64,000 bases of DNA, taken from Tubulanus polymorphus (Eukaryota; Animalia; Nemertea). Shown here one piece after another: positions 27,610-40,480 of this stretch. The notes below the pieces were generated by a model. That model did not search any database. It was not told the DNA's origin and saw only the letters and a list, made by a program, of their open reading frames with translations. A program made the position numbers and the translations under genes. The stretch's first letter is position 1, and each line of letters starts with the position of its first letter. The stretch lies in NCBI RefSeq assembly GCF_964204645.1, contig NC_134027.1, forward strand, positions 19,306,560 to 19,370,559, given 5' to 3'.

Positions 27610-28241
27610 AGAGCATATGCCATCAAAATAGAATATTGTGTAAAATTCATTTTCAAATGTGATGTATTCACAAATATCAAAGATGGAACTGGTTTGAATT
27701 TTAGTTCAGCCATTACTGAGAAATGTGACTTTTAAATCGGCAATTTCAGCACGTGCTCACTGTTATTGTTTATCTTAGCAGGTGGGTGTTTCTGACGTCA
27801 TCTCTGACAAACGCTCACGGCTTCCAATCATTTCACTAGACATTTCATGGGACATTTTATCGTTTTGGAGTGATTTGAATTAATAAACTCTTACCATTGT
27901 ATAGTGTTGCTACCGTTGTATATGACATGATAATCGTATATAAGTATGTAGCGTCAGTGAATACGGTGAACAAATGGGGTTTATTTTATCGATTATACAT
28001 AGGCTACGCGTACTAGCGCGCACACGTGCTTGTGTTGATTGTCATAGTTAACATCATAAATAGCGCCACCCGCGGGTTGAATATGAACTATACGCACAGA
28101 GTGAAGGATAAATAGATGACTATTCCGCTAACTATTAAGGCTAATTCGTGCTCCTTTTTTCAATAAGTCACATCTCAGGTCGTTATATGTATACTCTGGT
28201 TAAGAAATCACGGAAAGTACAATTTTGATGGCATTTGCCCT
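27610..28241 (+). mobile_element. ~630-bp Kolobok-like non-autonomous DNA transposon
   Basis: TTAA flanks, AG...CT termini, TIR agagcatatgccatcaaaat / attttgatggcatttgccct. Confidence 0.8.
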
Positions 28242-29137
28242 TTAAGCAAGTTTTTAGTTTTATTTCAAGGGTGATGACCATAGTCAAATCTGCAAGTAAC
28301 CTTATTTAGCTATGTATTAAAAATCCTAGTTCCCTGGCAATTGTGGCAATTGTTAAAACTTACAAAAATCATGTTATTTTGAAATATAGTTAGCAATCTT
28401 GTACAATGGTGAATGTCAGTTTTGGCTTTAGCTTGCCATACTTTGAGTTTTAGATATGAATCTAACAAATATGAACAATGACAAAAACATAAGTACCGGT
28501 AATGACTGGAAGTTTTCAATGATGTGTCAATTTTTCCAATAAAAAGTGCCGACTTTTACTATTTGAGAGTGTCTCAAACATTACTACTTTGAATCCTGAC
28601 TGTTTTCTACTAAGAAACACAAATTTGAAAGGTAATTGTTCTTTCTCAGATTAGTGACTGCTGATGTTCATGGGCAAAGTTTTTAGATCTTTACTGGAGG
28701 AAATGATTTTAAAGTGGATAACACATGTAACTGGACACAATGAATTACAACTAGGTGTTTGTTTATTTTCTTTTTCATTTAGAGGTTTGACTCATTGTCT
28801 CATAAGTTAGTTATTTTGTGCCACTGTTCTTCGATTCGAGTTGCTATTGTCTTACATATATTTTGACTGCAAAAATGAATTCCCTAAACTCTATGTGGAG
28901 CTGTTTTGCTCGTCCATCTTTTTTGATCCAATGAGACTTGAATCAAACTCATTTTTTACTTGCTTGAAAATTCTTGGTAGAATGGTTTGTTTTTGACTGG
29001 TATTTTATTATCTTTCTTTTGCTTCTGTCTGAAAATCAACTTACTAAAAAATCAACTTACTGGATTCAAAGAAATAACCAATGTCTTTCTCATTTATAAT
29101 TAATGAAAACATTTCTTTTTCATTCATTCATTTACAG

Positions 29138-29170
29138 AAAACTCCCAGTGAAGTGATAGCTTCCTTGAAG
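29138..29170 (+). CDS. CACNA2D3: candidate 33-nt microexon (0-0) KTPSEVIASLK with GC donor
   Basis: pyrimidine-rich tttacag acceptor; AAG|gcaagt donor. Confidence 0.55.
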
Positions 29171-30156
29171 GCAAGTTACTTTGATGTTACTCTTAAGTTA
29201 TTGAGAATACTAGAGTAGTGTTCAAAATGCATTGACAAATTTAGTTCTCTAAAATCTGGGGATGCACAACATGATTGTAGCTGGCTGATCTGCAATAATT
29301 TCAAAATGGCAGTACATCCACTTTGTATTTAAAAAACAACTTTTGCAAAGATTCTATATGGAACCTAGGATACTTGGAGTAACTAAAAGAGTATTGGTCT
29401 TTATGGCGATAGTGTATTTAAAACTGCATTGTCAAAGCTATAGGTCTAGGTTTTTTTATTATATTGATTTACTTAGAACTTTACTTAAGAAAAAAGCGAA
29501 CTTGGCTATTCAAATATTGCAGAAACTCTCGATAGCGTTACTTAAGACAGTACGAGGCCAATGGTGATGTTCTCTTTTTCCCAGGTATAGCCAAAATTTC
29601 CAGTGTTTGGGAAATCCATGATATCGGAATATCCGATACTTTGAAGAATTAGGGATTTTTACAGCTAACCCTACTCTCCTCTTGCATACAAGCATAATCC
29701 TACACACGCTGTGTGTGGTGTGGTGTGGGGGCAGTCGCTGAGAGTCTGGCTTATTTCTGAGATTTGATTATGAACAATTGTATCGATTTCTATATTATTC
29801 ATGATTTATCCTGCTTATGCTTTTCATAGAGTACCAAATCATCTCTAGTATTGTTTAATCGCTAGACTGACAGCTTGTGTCATCTTTCAAGGAAATAACA
29901 TAATCAACTAGCTCACTGACATAGTTGTCCCGATTCCTTGTTGTTTGTTTTTCTGAGATATGATACTGAAAACTGATGTCCACTTTTAGACGGGTTACAT
30001 AAATAATCCCGGGGTGAATTCTTAGGCTAAAATTCTTGGGCGACCGCAACACGAAGTGGACTTATATTTTGGAATATTTGGTTCATACAGAATTGATGGC
30101 GACAAAATTATATCACGTGCCTTTTTTGTAAATATCTTTTTGTTCTTTTTTTACAG

Positions 30157-30213
30157 TCAAAACGTCTGATGACCTCTGTTGCTATGCCTGTTTTTAATAT
30201 CAAAAATACAACA
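30157..30213 (+). CDS. CACNA2D3: alpha2delta exon (0-0) SKRLMTSVAMPVFNIKNTT
   Basis: ttacag / gtaagt; LMTSVAMPVF motif. Confidence 0.95.
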
Positions 30214-31037
30214 GTAAGTACTGAAATCAAATCAAATTAACTTGAATCATAGGGTTTAGAAAGATTTTGAAAATTCTTTTGAGTTAATGTTATCAGAACT
30301 TAGGGTCTAGTTCCATAAAAAGTATAACCTTAGAACGGTTAAGTACAAACCATTTAATGAATACATGAAGTAAGCAATAGGAATCAAACCAAAAATTTGA
30401 TTTTATTACTTTTTTGTGAGACTGGATCCTATTCACATTATAAAGTTCTAATTAAGAGTTTGATTTTCTAATAATTCCACTCACAAGTCATAAGCCAGGT
30501 ACCATTACCTTTGACGCAGGGTGGAAAATTTGCTTGTAATACTTTAGTGTATTGATAGTGTTTAATTTAATTAGCTGTTTATTTTTCCTCTATCAGAAAT
30601 ATTATTGTGATTGTGAGAAATCAAAACCACCTAAAGTACGTACAATAATGCGCTTAACGGGCTGGGCTGCGGTTTTATATTCATATCTATATATCTATAA
30701 ACATTGTAAACATTTATTTATTTGAAACTTAACGGTCCAGTTCCGCAGTTCTGGGTTGACTCGGTCAAAAATATATCATTACATCAGTATATTATTGCGG
30801 AACTGGTATTTGGTGTCTGTGAATTTTTTTTTCAAATGTTGTTGCATGTTTCAACTGGCCTACATACATGCACATGTATGGACATGTGTATGTACAAACA
30901 TGTGCTGAGTAGGGTTTCTACATTGTGCTAACAAATTCATTGTTTATGGTACTAAGATATAACATCGAGCGATGTTATCTGCCAGGATGTATGATAGAAT
31001 ATTGGCATGTATACATGTTTTCCGTCATTGTTTTTAG

Positions 31038-31118
31038 ATAAATCCTGGAATTTTGTTGGGCGTTACCGGTACTGATGTTCCAATAAAGAAATTCAGCAAT
31101 CTGCTTCCTAACTACAAG
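31038..31118 (+). CDS. CACNA2D3: alpha2delta exon (0-0) INPGILLGVTGTDVPIKKFSNLLPNYK
   Basis: ttttag / gtattc; Cache motif LLGVxGTDVP. Confidence 0.95.
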
Positions 31119-31424
31119 GTATTCATGAATTTTCATAGTGTTTATAAAAGTCAAGAATATAGAAAATTCCAGATGATTCAATTTCATTCAGGAGGCTTCA
31201 AATTTACTAAGTGGACTTGAATAGGTTCAGATTATGCAAATTAAGTCATCAAAATCTTACCAAAATTGTTGCTCCCTTGGTTTAAACATGATACAAATGA
31301 TTTATACGCAACAAGGTTATACATGGCACAAAAATTTGCTTGATAAGGTGCTTTCATTGAATTTTAATTGAATATATATTATGTTTTGTTGCTGATATTA
31401 ATGGTTCACGTATTAACATTTTAG

Positions 31425-31499
31425 TTGGGCGTGAATGCTTATTCATTTGGCATAGCCAATAATGGCTACGTATTATTCCATCCTGACTTTCGCCCTTTG
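31425..31499 (+). CDS. CACNA2D3: alpha2delta exon (0-0) LGVNAYSFGIANNGYVLFHPDFRPL
   Basis: ttttag / gtaagt; NNGY.L.HP. Confidence 0.96.
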
Positions 31500-31593
31500 G
31501 TAAGTTAAATATTTGCAACAGCAGCAATTGAAATATCTTTAATTGAATCATCATTTAAGTTGTGTAATTATATGTTTTTGTATGCATTTTTAG

Positions 31594-31671
31594 CAAGCAG
31601 ATGGAAAACCAAAGCCTAATTATAATAGCGTTGACTTAGCTGAAGTTGAACAGAGGTTGCAATACGATAGT
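31594..31671 (+). CDS. CACNA2D3: alpha2delta exon (0-0) QADGKPKPNYNSVDLAEVEQRLQYDS
   Basis: ttttag / gtaagg; PNYxSVDLxEVE, typical of alpha2delta-3/4. Confidence 0.94.
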
Positions 31672-32851
31672 GTAAGGCCATTTTTCATAAAACCGGTCTC
31701 TGATTTGAACATGTTGGCATTGTGTTTATTTTCATGCACTACAAGTTTGTGTTTTTTGTAGTAAATAGTTGAGGCTTTCATATGATATAAGATAAGATGA
31801 GGTGGGCCAAAATCGTGTCTTTTTGGCCCCCAAAATTCATCCAAACTTACTTGGATTTAAAGTGAGCACTCAGATCTGTCATGTTCTTGCGCCAAATACT
31901 CGAGAATTTTCAAATAGAAAGATGTTGATTTCTGTTCGGTATTTCGAGGACTTAAGGTGTCTAGTTAATCATAAGCTATTGGGTTCGAATCCCACTATAA
32001 CTGTTTTTGTGCAGCATACGAAAAAATTGCCAGGCGGATTCGGGTGGCTTGAGTGCTAATGGGTTAATTGAGCACCGTCAGTGTTACTTCATAGTGTTAG
32101 AGTCGTAAGTGTTGCTTCAGTGAACACATGTATCATATTTCAGTTATGATGTGCAATATGGGAAATCAAATTTTGTAATACTGGTATATCAATATGTATC
32201 TGCCCTTGACTTATCTGTTACCCAAGGACTGGCATGATCAGATTCAGTATGGGTGACTGCTAGCCATTGTTGTTCACTGAAATCAATTTCCAGGACTCTT
32301 CAGTCAATTTTCTTGATGTTGCATATGTATATGTGTATCGGAAACGAGGTGGCCATCCTGTGACCTTTTTTTGCCCTCATTTTGTGGGCTTGGGCATGGG
32401 AAATCTTATACTGTCATGATCAACGAGTCTTTAGCACAATGCACCTTTACCATACTATCGTCGAGGCAATTACATATGTTTGTGGGTATTCTATTAAAAG
32501 GTAAATTCAATTTAACATATTTGAATTTCAAATGATTATTTTGGGCATATCAGAGGTTATATTGATGAAAAATACTTTCTTTTGATGCGCGGATGAACGC
32601 TGCGCTATGCCAATTTGCATAATCAAATACTGTACAGATAGATCAGATTTCTTAAGTATGAGAAAATAAAAAGACATTTTTTAAAACAAACGAACCACAC
32701 AATCAGCAAAAATAGCTTAAAAATAAGCTAATCTAAAAAGATCAGTATGGAGATTGGATTTGAAAAAATTAACTGATATGCATTCCCTTATTGACTCAAT
32801 ATGCATTCCGTTATTGACTCGGGAGGGGAATTCCATAGACTACGTACGGTA

Positions 32852-33085
32852 CAGCATAGAATTAACTTAACGAGAATGGCGCATCGTTTTCGTGTTGAAC
32901 GTGTAGCGTTCTCGTTTATCGTTCCAATTGAAACGTGTTGTACACGCGATTTGAAAGCGTTTTAAAACCGATACAACAATGTACGGTACGCGTTTAATTT
33001 CTTTCCAAAACGCCAATCTATTTCCGTTTTAAACATTAACGAAACGGAAAATAAACGTTAATGATGTTAATTTAATTCTAAGCTG
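32852..33085. mobile_element. Tc1/mariner-type MITE
   Basis: TA-cagcatagaattaacttaac ... gttaatttaattctaagctg-TA. Confidence 0.7.
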
Positions 33086-33780
33086 TACGATAGGTACATA
33101 AAACCTGAAAGCCCTAGAGCCGCAAAGGAGTTAAGGAACATGCGAGTCTGGTGTAATCTTGTGCTGATCGAAGAGATCTAGTAGGTTGGTACGGCAATAT
33201 TAGTTTGTGTTGATAAAATGGGGCAATATTGTTCATACATTTAAGAACATAAGTAAAACTTTATAATCAATTCGCTGATGTATAGAACCCAGTGAAGATC
33301 AATTAAAACAGGCATGATATGCTCAGACTTTCTGGTCCTAGTAATTAAACGAGCAGCAATATTTTGTACTAGCTGCAGGCGTGGCAGTAGTGTTGAATTG
33401 GTATCTTAGGAGTAGGGAATTGGCATAATCATAAACGAGATATAACAAGGGAGTTTACTGCAACTTTATTAACTTACAATGTGTCTGCCTTCGCTGCAGT
33501 TCATTCTTGATTAGACTGGTACCAAATCGCGATGATATAGCCGCGATGTGACGTTTTACACTGTTTTCTCAGTTCATAATCATTCGGTGAGCTGGACTGG
33601 CATGGCCGGCAGTAGTTGCTGTGAGGTGTACATGTATACGCACATCTAGACGGCTGCTGTGTTATGGCTCATAAGTTATGTCATTGAGCCCTCTATAAAC
33701 GCTATGTGAGCTGCGATTTGCCCGAAGTGGACAAGAAATATCAATAGCAACATCCTCGGATCTGACGCTTAGACTTTGTA

Positions 33781-34056
33781 CATTCTCCCTCAGCAGGGAC
33801 TCAAACCTGATGGCATCGAGATTGCCACGGTACGAAACCCTGCCACTCTAGACCGAGTGTGCTGCTACATCCACAGCTTAGATGATGTCATTATCAACCA
33901 ATCAGATATCTCATTTCATTTTAGTGCGGGTTTTCCCATTTATAGTTCTAACTGTGAAGTCTACCTCAACGGATATACGAGTAATCTGATTGGTGCCGCA
34001 CCCGGTCTAGTATGGCAGGGGTTCGTGCCGTGGCTGAGTGTAGCGATACCATCAGT
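33781..34056. mobile_element. palindromic MITE, same family as 4112-4292
   Basis: shared cctgatggcatc...cacg...gaaaccctgcc arms. Confidence 0.65.
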
Positions 34057-34484
34057 TAAGGCCCGTGGGCCACTTGTTTGTTCTCCCCACAAGGGTAGTT
34101 TATTATTGAAATGTAAAAATGTTCATTGCTCCTTTGCATATTTTGTAACCACAATAAATTGCAAAATACTAGCTGATGACAAGGTCTACCATGAAATTCT
34201 CAGATTTTCAAGCATTTCACCCAGTTGGCATGGTCTTTAGACCCACACCGAGTTATAGGCCAACATAAACTAAAAAGGCTTAAGTCAAGTATAAGTTAAT
34301 AACAGTTCAACCCTGGTTAAAGTTAAAACCGATCCTTCACAACAACCCTTATTTTGTTATGTAAAAATTGTCGAGAATACACTTTTGTCACATATCTTAC
34401 AGATAAAGGGCCTCCCTGAATACAACATGACGGTATGTATATGTTTTTGTTTATGAACTGTTTGTTTGAACCTTTGAATTCCTT

Positions 34485-35802
34485 TTTAGCCCACTTAGGA
34501 CTTAAGTCCCAGGGGCCGGTTGCATAGTCATGGCTTAGACTTAAGACCAATTTGGTTCTATAGCCAATCTAACAACTTAAGACCATTCTTAGGATTTAAG
34601 ACCACTTAAGACCAACACTTAAGTCACGAGTGTGCAACTGGCCCCAGAGGGCTATGCCGTTCACTTTTCGTCTGTGGTTCGTCCGTTTGTTCGTTCGTCT
34701 GTCCGTAGACGGAATCCAGTTATTTTGGGAAGACGCCTCGATAAAATGTCTTGATATTTTGGTTACACATGTATCTAGCCTAGACACATCTTCCGTGGCC
34801 GACTGACAGCCATTGTTGTTCACCAAAATCAGCACTTTTTACACGTTTTTGAGGGAAATTTTGAAGATGCATTGATCAATTACTTTGATCTTTTGTATGT
34901 ATTTTATTCCCCCAAGGGCCCATCAGCATAAGAAAAATTGGGTCAAACAGATCCAAGATGGCCGTCCTATGACCTTTTTTGTACCCAAAAATGGCAATTT
35001 TGGCCCGAATTCTGAGTCCTGTAGCTTCCTACTGGCTTGTCATTTTTCATTGCAATTTGTGATGGGTATTCTATGGAAAATGATCTTTAATACATGAGAC
35101 AGGTATTTTTGATCAGCCTATTATCATGCGATTGGTGGCCATCTTGGTGTCAACAGTAGGCTACTCTTTCGTAGGGGGAAAAAAGTTTTTCCACATATTG
35201 ATACCTAAGCCATTGGTATTTGTATATTCAAGGTCATTGGTTTTTTGTAAATGGCCACCAGAGGGCGTTGAATAGTAGAATAACTTAGTATTTCCTTATT
35301 ATATTTGTACCTAGGCATATTTTGTTACCATGATCAATTGCAAAGTTGTAGCTCATGACATGTTCTATGATCGGGGTGAGTTTCAAGGTCATTGGGTTTT
35401 GCATATGGTCACCAGGGGCGTTAAATAGTAGAATATCTTAGTATTTTCTTATTAGATTGGTACCTAGGCATATTTTGTTACCATGATCAATTGCAAAATT
35501 GTAGTTCATGACATTCACTATGATTATGGTGAGTTTCAAGGTCAAAGGGTTTTGCATATGGTCACCCGGGGTGTAGAATAGTAGAATAACAATATCTCCA
35601 TATTAAATTGGTAACGGGGCATATTTTGTTATCACAATCGATTACAAAATTGTAGCTGCTGACATGTTCTATGATTGTGGTGAGTATCAAGGTCATTGGT
35701 TTTTGTATATGGTCACCAGGGGTGTTGAATATTGAAATTGTTGGATTGTTGAGCAATTGAAACCACTTCCCAAGTGGGCATGGTGTCCCTGGACCCCTAG
35801 TT
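34485..35802 (+). mobile_element. HINE/DINE-1-like (Helentron non-autonomous) element with internal ~153-bp tandem repeats
   Basis: subTIR gcccactt / aagtgggc, (CGTY)n microsatellite, 3' hairpin, T-rich flanks; caaggtca recurs at 35229, 35384, 35537, 35688. Confidence 0.75.
34513..34644. mobile_element. Harbinger-type MITE nested in the HINE, CAG target duplication
   Basis: cag|GGGCCGGTTGCA...TGCAACTGGCCC|cag. Confidence 0.8.
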
Positions 35803-35950
35803 TGAATTACACAATTATAATGTAAATGGTGTGCAGTACTATAAAGTTATGCAATAACTCTTAATACACAGTAATTGCATTCAATTGCATTCGATGGCTG
35901 ACCAGAGTAGTAGTACCATGAGACCGGTAGTACTATATAGGTTAACTATT

Positions 35951-36008
35951 TATTAGACGTATGAGCTTTCACTACTAATGTATAGAAGCTTCATCAGGTG
36001 AATCTAAA
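35951..36008 (-). ncRNA. Penelope-type minimal hammerhead, imperfect stem I
   Basis: reverse complement CTGATGA-a-gcttcta(tacat)tagtagt-GAAA-gctc...aataaa. Confidence 0.5.
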
Positions 36009-36513
36009 CCCGGTTAACACGGCTCCTGCACGAATCTTCTTTACATGAGAATGTAATACAGTAGAATCCACTGAATGCAGATAATTTTGAACCAACAAAA
36101 TTCATCCAGTTTACGTGAAATCCGTAATAAGATTCATTTTTGTTTGTGTATATTAATGAACAAATGGACTGCAAATATTGTTCAGATAAGACAAAAATCC
36201 GGATAAAGCCGATCTGACTGTATAACATTATGTATCAGTAGGTGTATGTAAGTCACGATGTCATCCAAGATGGTTGACTCGTCATTCTTTGATTCCAAAA
36301 ATGTGTACATATGTTTGCTTGTAACTGTGAATTCTTTTGCAAAGAGCAGTGATATCTCATGGGATTAATTGATGAGATATGAAATAACTGCATGTAAAGT
36401 TTCATAAAAAACAATGTGTATGTGAACGGGGTTTGGTAGGATATTTTGGGGATGTCCGGGGGATGTGTTCGATAGGTGAATGCAAAATTCTAGTTCAAAT
36501 ATTTATTTTTCAG

Positions 36514-36588
36514 CTGCGCACTAGTATGTTTGATGCAGTTTCAGTGAGATCAATGACACAAAGAATAAAACTGCTTTATGATGATCAG
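36514..36588 (+). CDS. CACNA2D3: alpha2delta exon (0-0) LRTSMFDAVSVRSMTQRIKLLYDDQ
   Basis: tttcag / gtatta; LR..M pattern. Confidence 0.88.
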
Positions 36589-37137
36589 GTATTACAACAA
36601 TTTGTAATTATCTCCGTTAATAAGGCTTTTCAATGTAATCCAGCAAGCATTTTTCCAAGCGCCAAATTTAGCCTGATCGAAAACGTCAGACCAGACCAGT
36701 GCCAAATGTCTGCACAGGTTAAATTATTCCTTATGATTGTTAATTGGTTCTGGTTCTTGGCCTGTTTTACTCGGTCCAAAATTGCCAGTGTGATGATGAC
36801 TTTAAATACTAGCACTATTTCAACGATGAAGTTGGCTGGGTCAATTAGAAAGGCAAGCAATCTTACAGAAAAAGACCAATCAATGATGGAAGTAAAGCTA
36901 AGTGTACTAGGGCCAGTAAGGAACGACAATTAGCATAGTGAAAATTATAATTGCTAGATATTCCCAGACCTAGAATTATAAAATCCTTATTCAGTGTATA
37001 CTGAATTGCTACAATGAGAGTATTTTCAAGTGGAAATGTTATCCCCAGAATAAACACACAGGTTGAACGTCAAACGTTTACCCAGTTTAAGGAAAGCTTT
37101 CCTCTCATTTCAAGTTAGTTTGCCATTCTATCTTTAG

Positions 37138-37199
37138 CGAAGAATTACGATTCAGAAGAATGTATATTTCTATAAGAAAGTTAAAGACACACCATTTAG
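37138..37199 (+). CDS. CACNA2D3: alpha2delta exon (0-2) RRITIQKNVYFYKKVKDTPFS
   Basis: ctttag / gtatgt; Y.Y....TPFS. Confidence 0.93.
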
Positions 37200-37296
37200 G
37201 TATGTTTAAATTTCATTTGATTTGAGCTGATGATACAATCAGCCTAACTTATACGAAATACCCGACAGATCTTCACGTACCTTTTTTTATTGATAG

Positions 37297-37367
37297 CATT
37301 GGAATAGCTTTACCAGTTGGATATGGACAGTATGTTATTGAAGCCATAAAGAATACAGCAGATTACA
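37297..37367 (+). CDS. CACNA2D3: alpha2delta exon (2-1) IGIALPVGYGQYVIEAIKNTADY
   Basis: tgatag / gtaagg; G.ALP.GYG. Confidence 0.9.
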
Positions 37368-37451
37368 GTAAGGAACAGAGAAAAGCTTTCTTGTCATTTT
37401 AAATCAGTTATTTTCATGATACATTCAAAGTTTTTCAAAATCGTATTCCAG

Positions 37452-37506
37452 ACGAAAATTGGCTAAAAACTTTTCATCCTCAGTCCCTTATCTATCTGGC
37501 TGACTG
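37452..37506 (+). CDS. CACNA2D3: alpha2delta exon (1-2) ENWLKTFHPQSLIYLADW
   Basis: ttccag / gtaagt; HP...LADW. Confidence 0.88.
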
Positions 37507-38478
37507 GTAAGTTTTAAGTTCCAGTGAAACATTAATTGTATTATATAAAAGCCACGAATGGTATTTTTATGGCTATATGCTTAGTAATTGTGATGTTATT
37601 GAAATCAATGTCATTTTATAAGTGGCCGATCTAGGGGGGTGGTTCTCAAGCCCAACCGCCCCTCAACCACCCCACTTCTGAAGAGTGCCCTTTTTGAAAA
37701 TATAGGAATTTGATTAAAGTTTCATAGTGTGCTCTCTTAAATTTCTTGTTAGCATGATACCTACCGTTCTTGATGAATTTCTATGAAACTTGTAATGATC
37801 GGGGCAGGTGAGATATATTCAGCCCTATTGAATGGAGGTTTATTGCCCTTAAATTTCTCTTCAGCAGGATATAGTAGAGTTCGTTTGATTTGATTTGACT
37901 TGATTGTTGCCCCTTACAAACCCACCACACCTGCTGGGAGCAAAACAGGGGGTTTGATTGTGAAATCGGAAATTGAAGTAGAGATATGGTTGCGTGATTG
38001 GTGGTTGAAATAACAGCATTTTTTGATTTAATGGAAGTACATAATTAGGGTTTTCTGTTACTTCACAGAAAACCCTATTGAGATTCACGTGTTTCTTATT
38101 ATTATTATTTTATGTCACACTATTTTCAGTAAAAGAACATAGGCTTTGTTACCTTGCCAATGTTGCGGATACAATCCGTATGATATCCTTCAGCTCACTT
38201 CGATCTACAAATACTCCGTGCGTATTAACATGAATGTGTAACATGGGCCGTAAACATCGAAAATTGAGCCCCATGAGGCGACATGTTTTTCTGAGTCGTC
38301 ATCCCGAAATCCACCGGAGGTTGCTCGTCACTTCGATTATTAATTCAAGTGTAAAATAAACAAATTTATTGCCGCAAGACGTCACATTCAGCCGCGGTTT
38401 TCAAACAGTAAATTTTAACAATTACCCATTTTCTTCATCAGTACATTTACATACGCGGTGGATAGGAGATCGTTTCTA

Positions 38479-38978
38479 CTGTCTGTCACACCTGCTCTCC
38501 GTGCGACGTTTTGGTCCGTATTTCGTTAATAAACAGTTTATCTACCTTCATTATGCATCAATTTGTTCAGTGAGAACTGCATTCAGAAATAAACAACAAT
38601 TTTTACTGAAGTTGTTTTTGTCTTCATTTATGAACGATATTTTACTCTGCATACGTTCTCGTAATGCTGAAAAATCCGCTCCACGGACGCTCGGAAACGT
38701 TAGAGAGACGTCATCACCTGCTCATTAGCATATCAAAATACAGTAGGTGCGCCACGTGATGGGCCATAAAAGCCGTTTTTCAGCATTACGCGAGTGTATG
38801 CAAGGTAAACTATTGCTGATAGATGAAAATACAAAGAAATCTCTGCCACTTCATGATTTATTTCTGAATGCAAATTCCTTACTGAACAAATTGATGCATA
38901 ATATTTAGAGATAAACCGATTATTAACAAAATTATAAACGGACCAAAACGTCGCATGGACAGTAGGTGTGACAGACAG
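38479..38978. mobile_element. 500-bp foldback MITE with TA duplication, nested
   Basis: TA-ctgtctgtcacacct ... aggtgtgacagacag-TA with long imperfect arms. Confidence 0.8.
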
Positions 38979-40059
38979 TAGGTCGCTTGAAGTGTTTATT
39001 GAGTTGTACGCGACCTCGAGGCCTACTGAGCTTTACTGTTTTAAGCAAGCATAGTATAATTGTTGTGACTATTTACGGACTCGTGGATTGAACTTTAAAC
39101 AAAATTTGCAATAAAAAAATCGGCAACATTGCTGCGACATGAAGTAGGCCTACAAACGATTTCTTTCTTCATAATCCGAAAATGAAATCGATTTTACGAA
39201 TTGAATACCCCATGGACCTATCCCTGTTAAATATGGTGTAGGAATACGATGTTTAGGAGGGTTGAAATTTAATAGGCCTAAGACCAATCTGTCCGGTTGT
39301 TAGGCCTACGCATATACATAGTTCTGCATAGGCTATACTAGTAGCCTCTACTAGGTTAAAGCTAAGTTCACCGTAAAGGAGGAATCAGATTTATTAAAAT
39401 CCATGTATGAGTGATTAACTGGTTCTGACTTGCAATGATAAATCACAATTAACAACGATATTTTATTGGCAAAAATTAAGATTTTTTGGAAAATTTCGTC
39501 TGAGCAGACAGCTTTATAAACCAGAGTTTTCATTTGAGTTTTTTCATCATTAATGAAACTGGTATTTCATTAATTCCTAATGACTCAAGTTACTGCGGAC
39601 CCCTAGAAAGATCTTTTTTTTTTCGTTCAAAAGACCTTTCGCTGGAAAAGTTTTTTCGTCGGAATAAAAGTTTTTTCGATTGAACCAATTTGAAAGAATC
39701 GTTAAAACAAAGTTCTTTTCTTTGTTCGAAAAAACATTTTTGCCCAAACGAAGGGTTTTTTGTTCAGACAATTGTTCGGTCGGGCAGAAACGTTCCCATT
39801 CGGACAAAATTTTCTTGTCGGAACATTAAGATTTTCTTTCGAAGAAGAATATTATAAAAAGTTTTTATTCGAACAAGATTTTCAACATTACGTTTTTTGT
39901 TCCAACAGATATATTGTTCGAAGCGTATTTCGTTCCTAAGAGCAAAATTTTGGTGGAACTAGATATTCTTCGTTATCATAAATAATCTTAATTCGAACAA
40001 AATAATCTTCTCATTCGAACACAAAGGTATAATCTGAACCTGGGTTTTCTTTGTATCCA

Positions 40060-40480
40060 ATATCCATATCATGCCTTCCAGGTAGAAGCCCGACTATCTG
40101 ACCATGAATAGAACACAGCTTGTTCAGATCGTTTTGGAAATATATTCTGTCCGGTACATTTTTGATTACTCTGTATATCATCTATCAGGATAGTGAAGAG
40201 AAGACGATTTAGGATACTTCCTTGTGTGATTCCACTAGCTAGACCGATTTATTCCAAGATGAGACAGTTCCTTTAATTTCGGCCACCTGTTTTCATTCAG
40301 AGAAATCTGCTGAGCCATTTAAACGACCCATCATTGATACCGTTTCCGAATAGCTTGTTTAGTAATCGCTGATTTTGTACCTTATCAAATGCTTCTTCGA
40401 AATCCAAAAATACTAATAGGCCTAACATTCGATTTTCCAGAGTCAAATAACTATCTGGTCCAGTCATCCATGGTTTCAAA
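40060..40480 (-). pseudogene. decayed CR1-type LINE RT fragment inside the left element
   Basis: FLDFEEAFDKVQNQRLLNKLFGNGINDGSFKWLSRFL. Confidence 0.8.

Noticed and set aside
35205-35740. CRISPR-like regularly spaced repeats
   Set aside because: Whole units are similar (tandem repeat, no unique spacers) and the context is eukaryotic.
36433-36933. 166-aa ORF as an independent gene
   Set aside because: Only 36514-36588 resembles alpha2delta; the rest is read-through of intron sequence.
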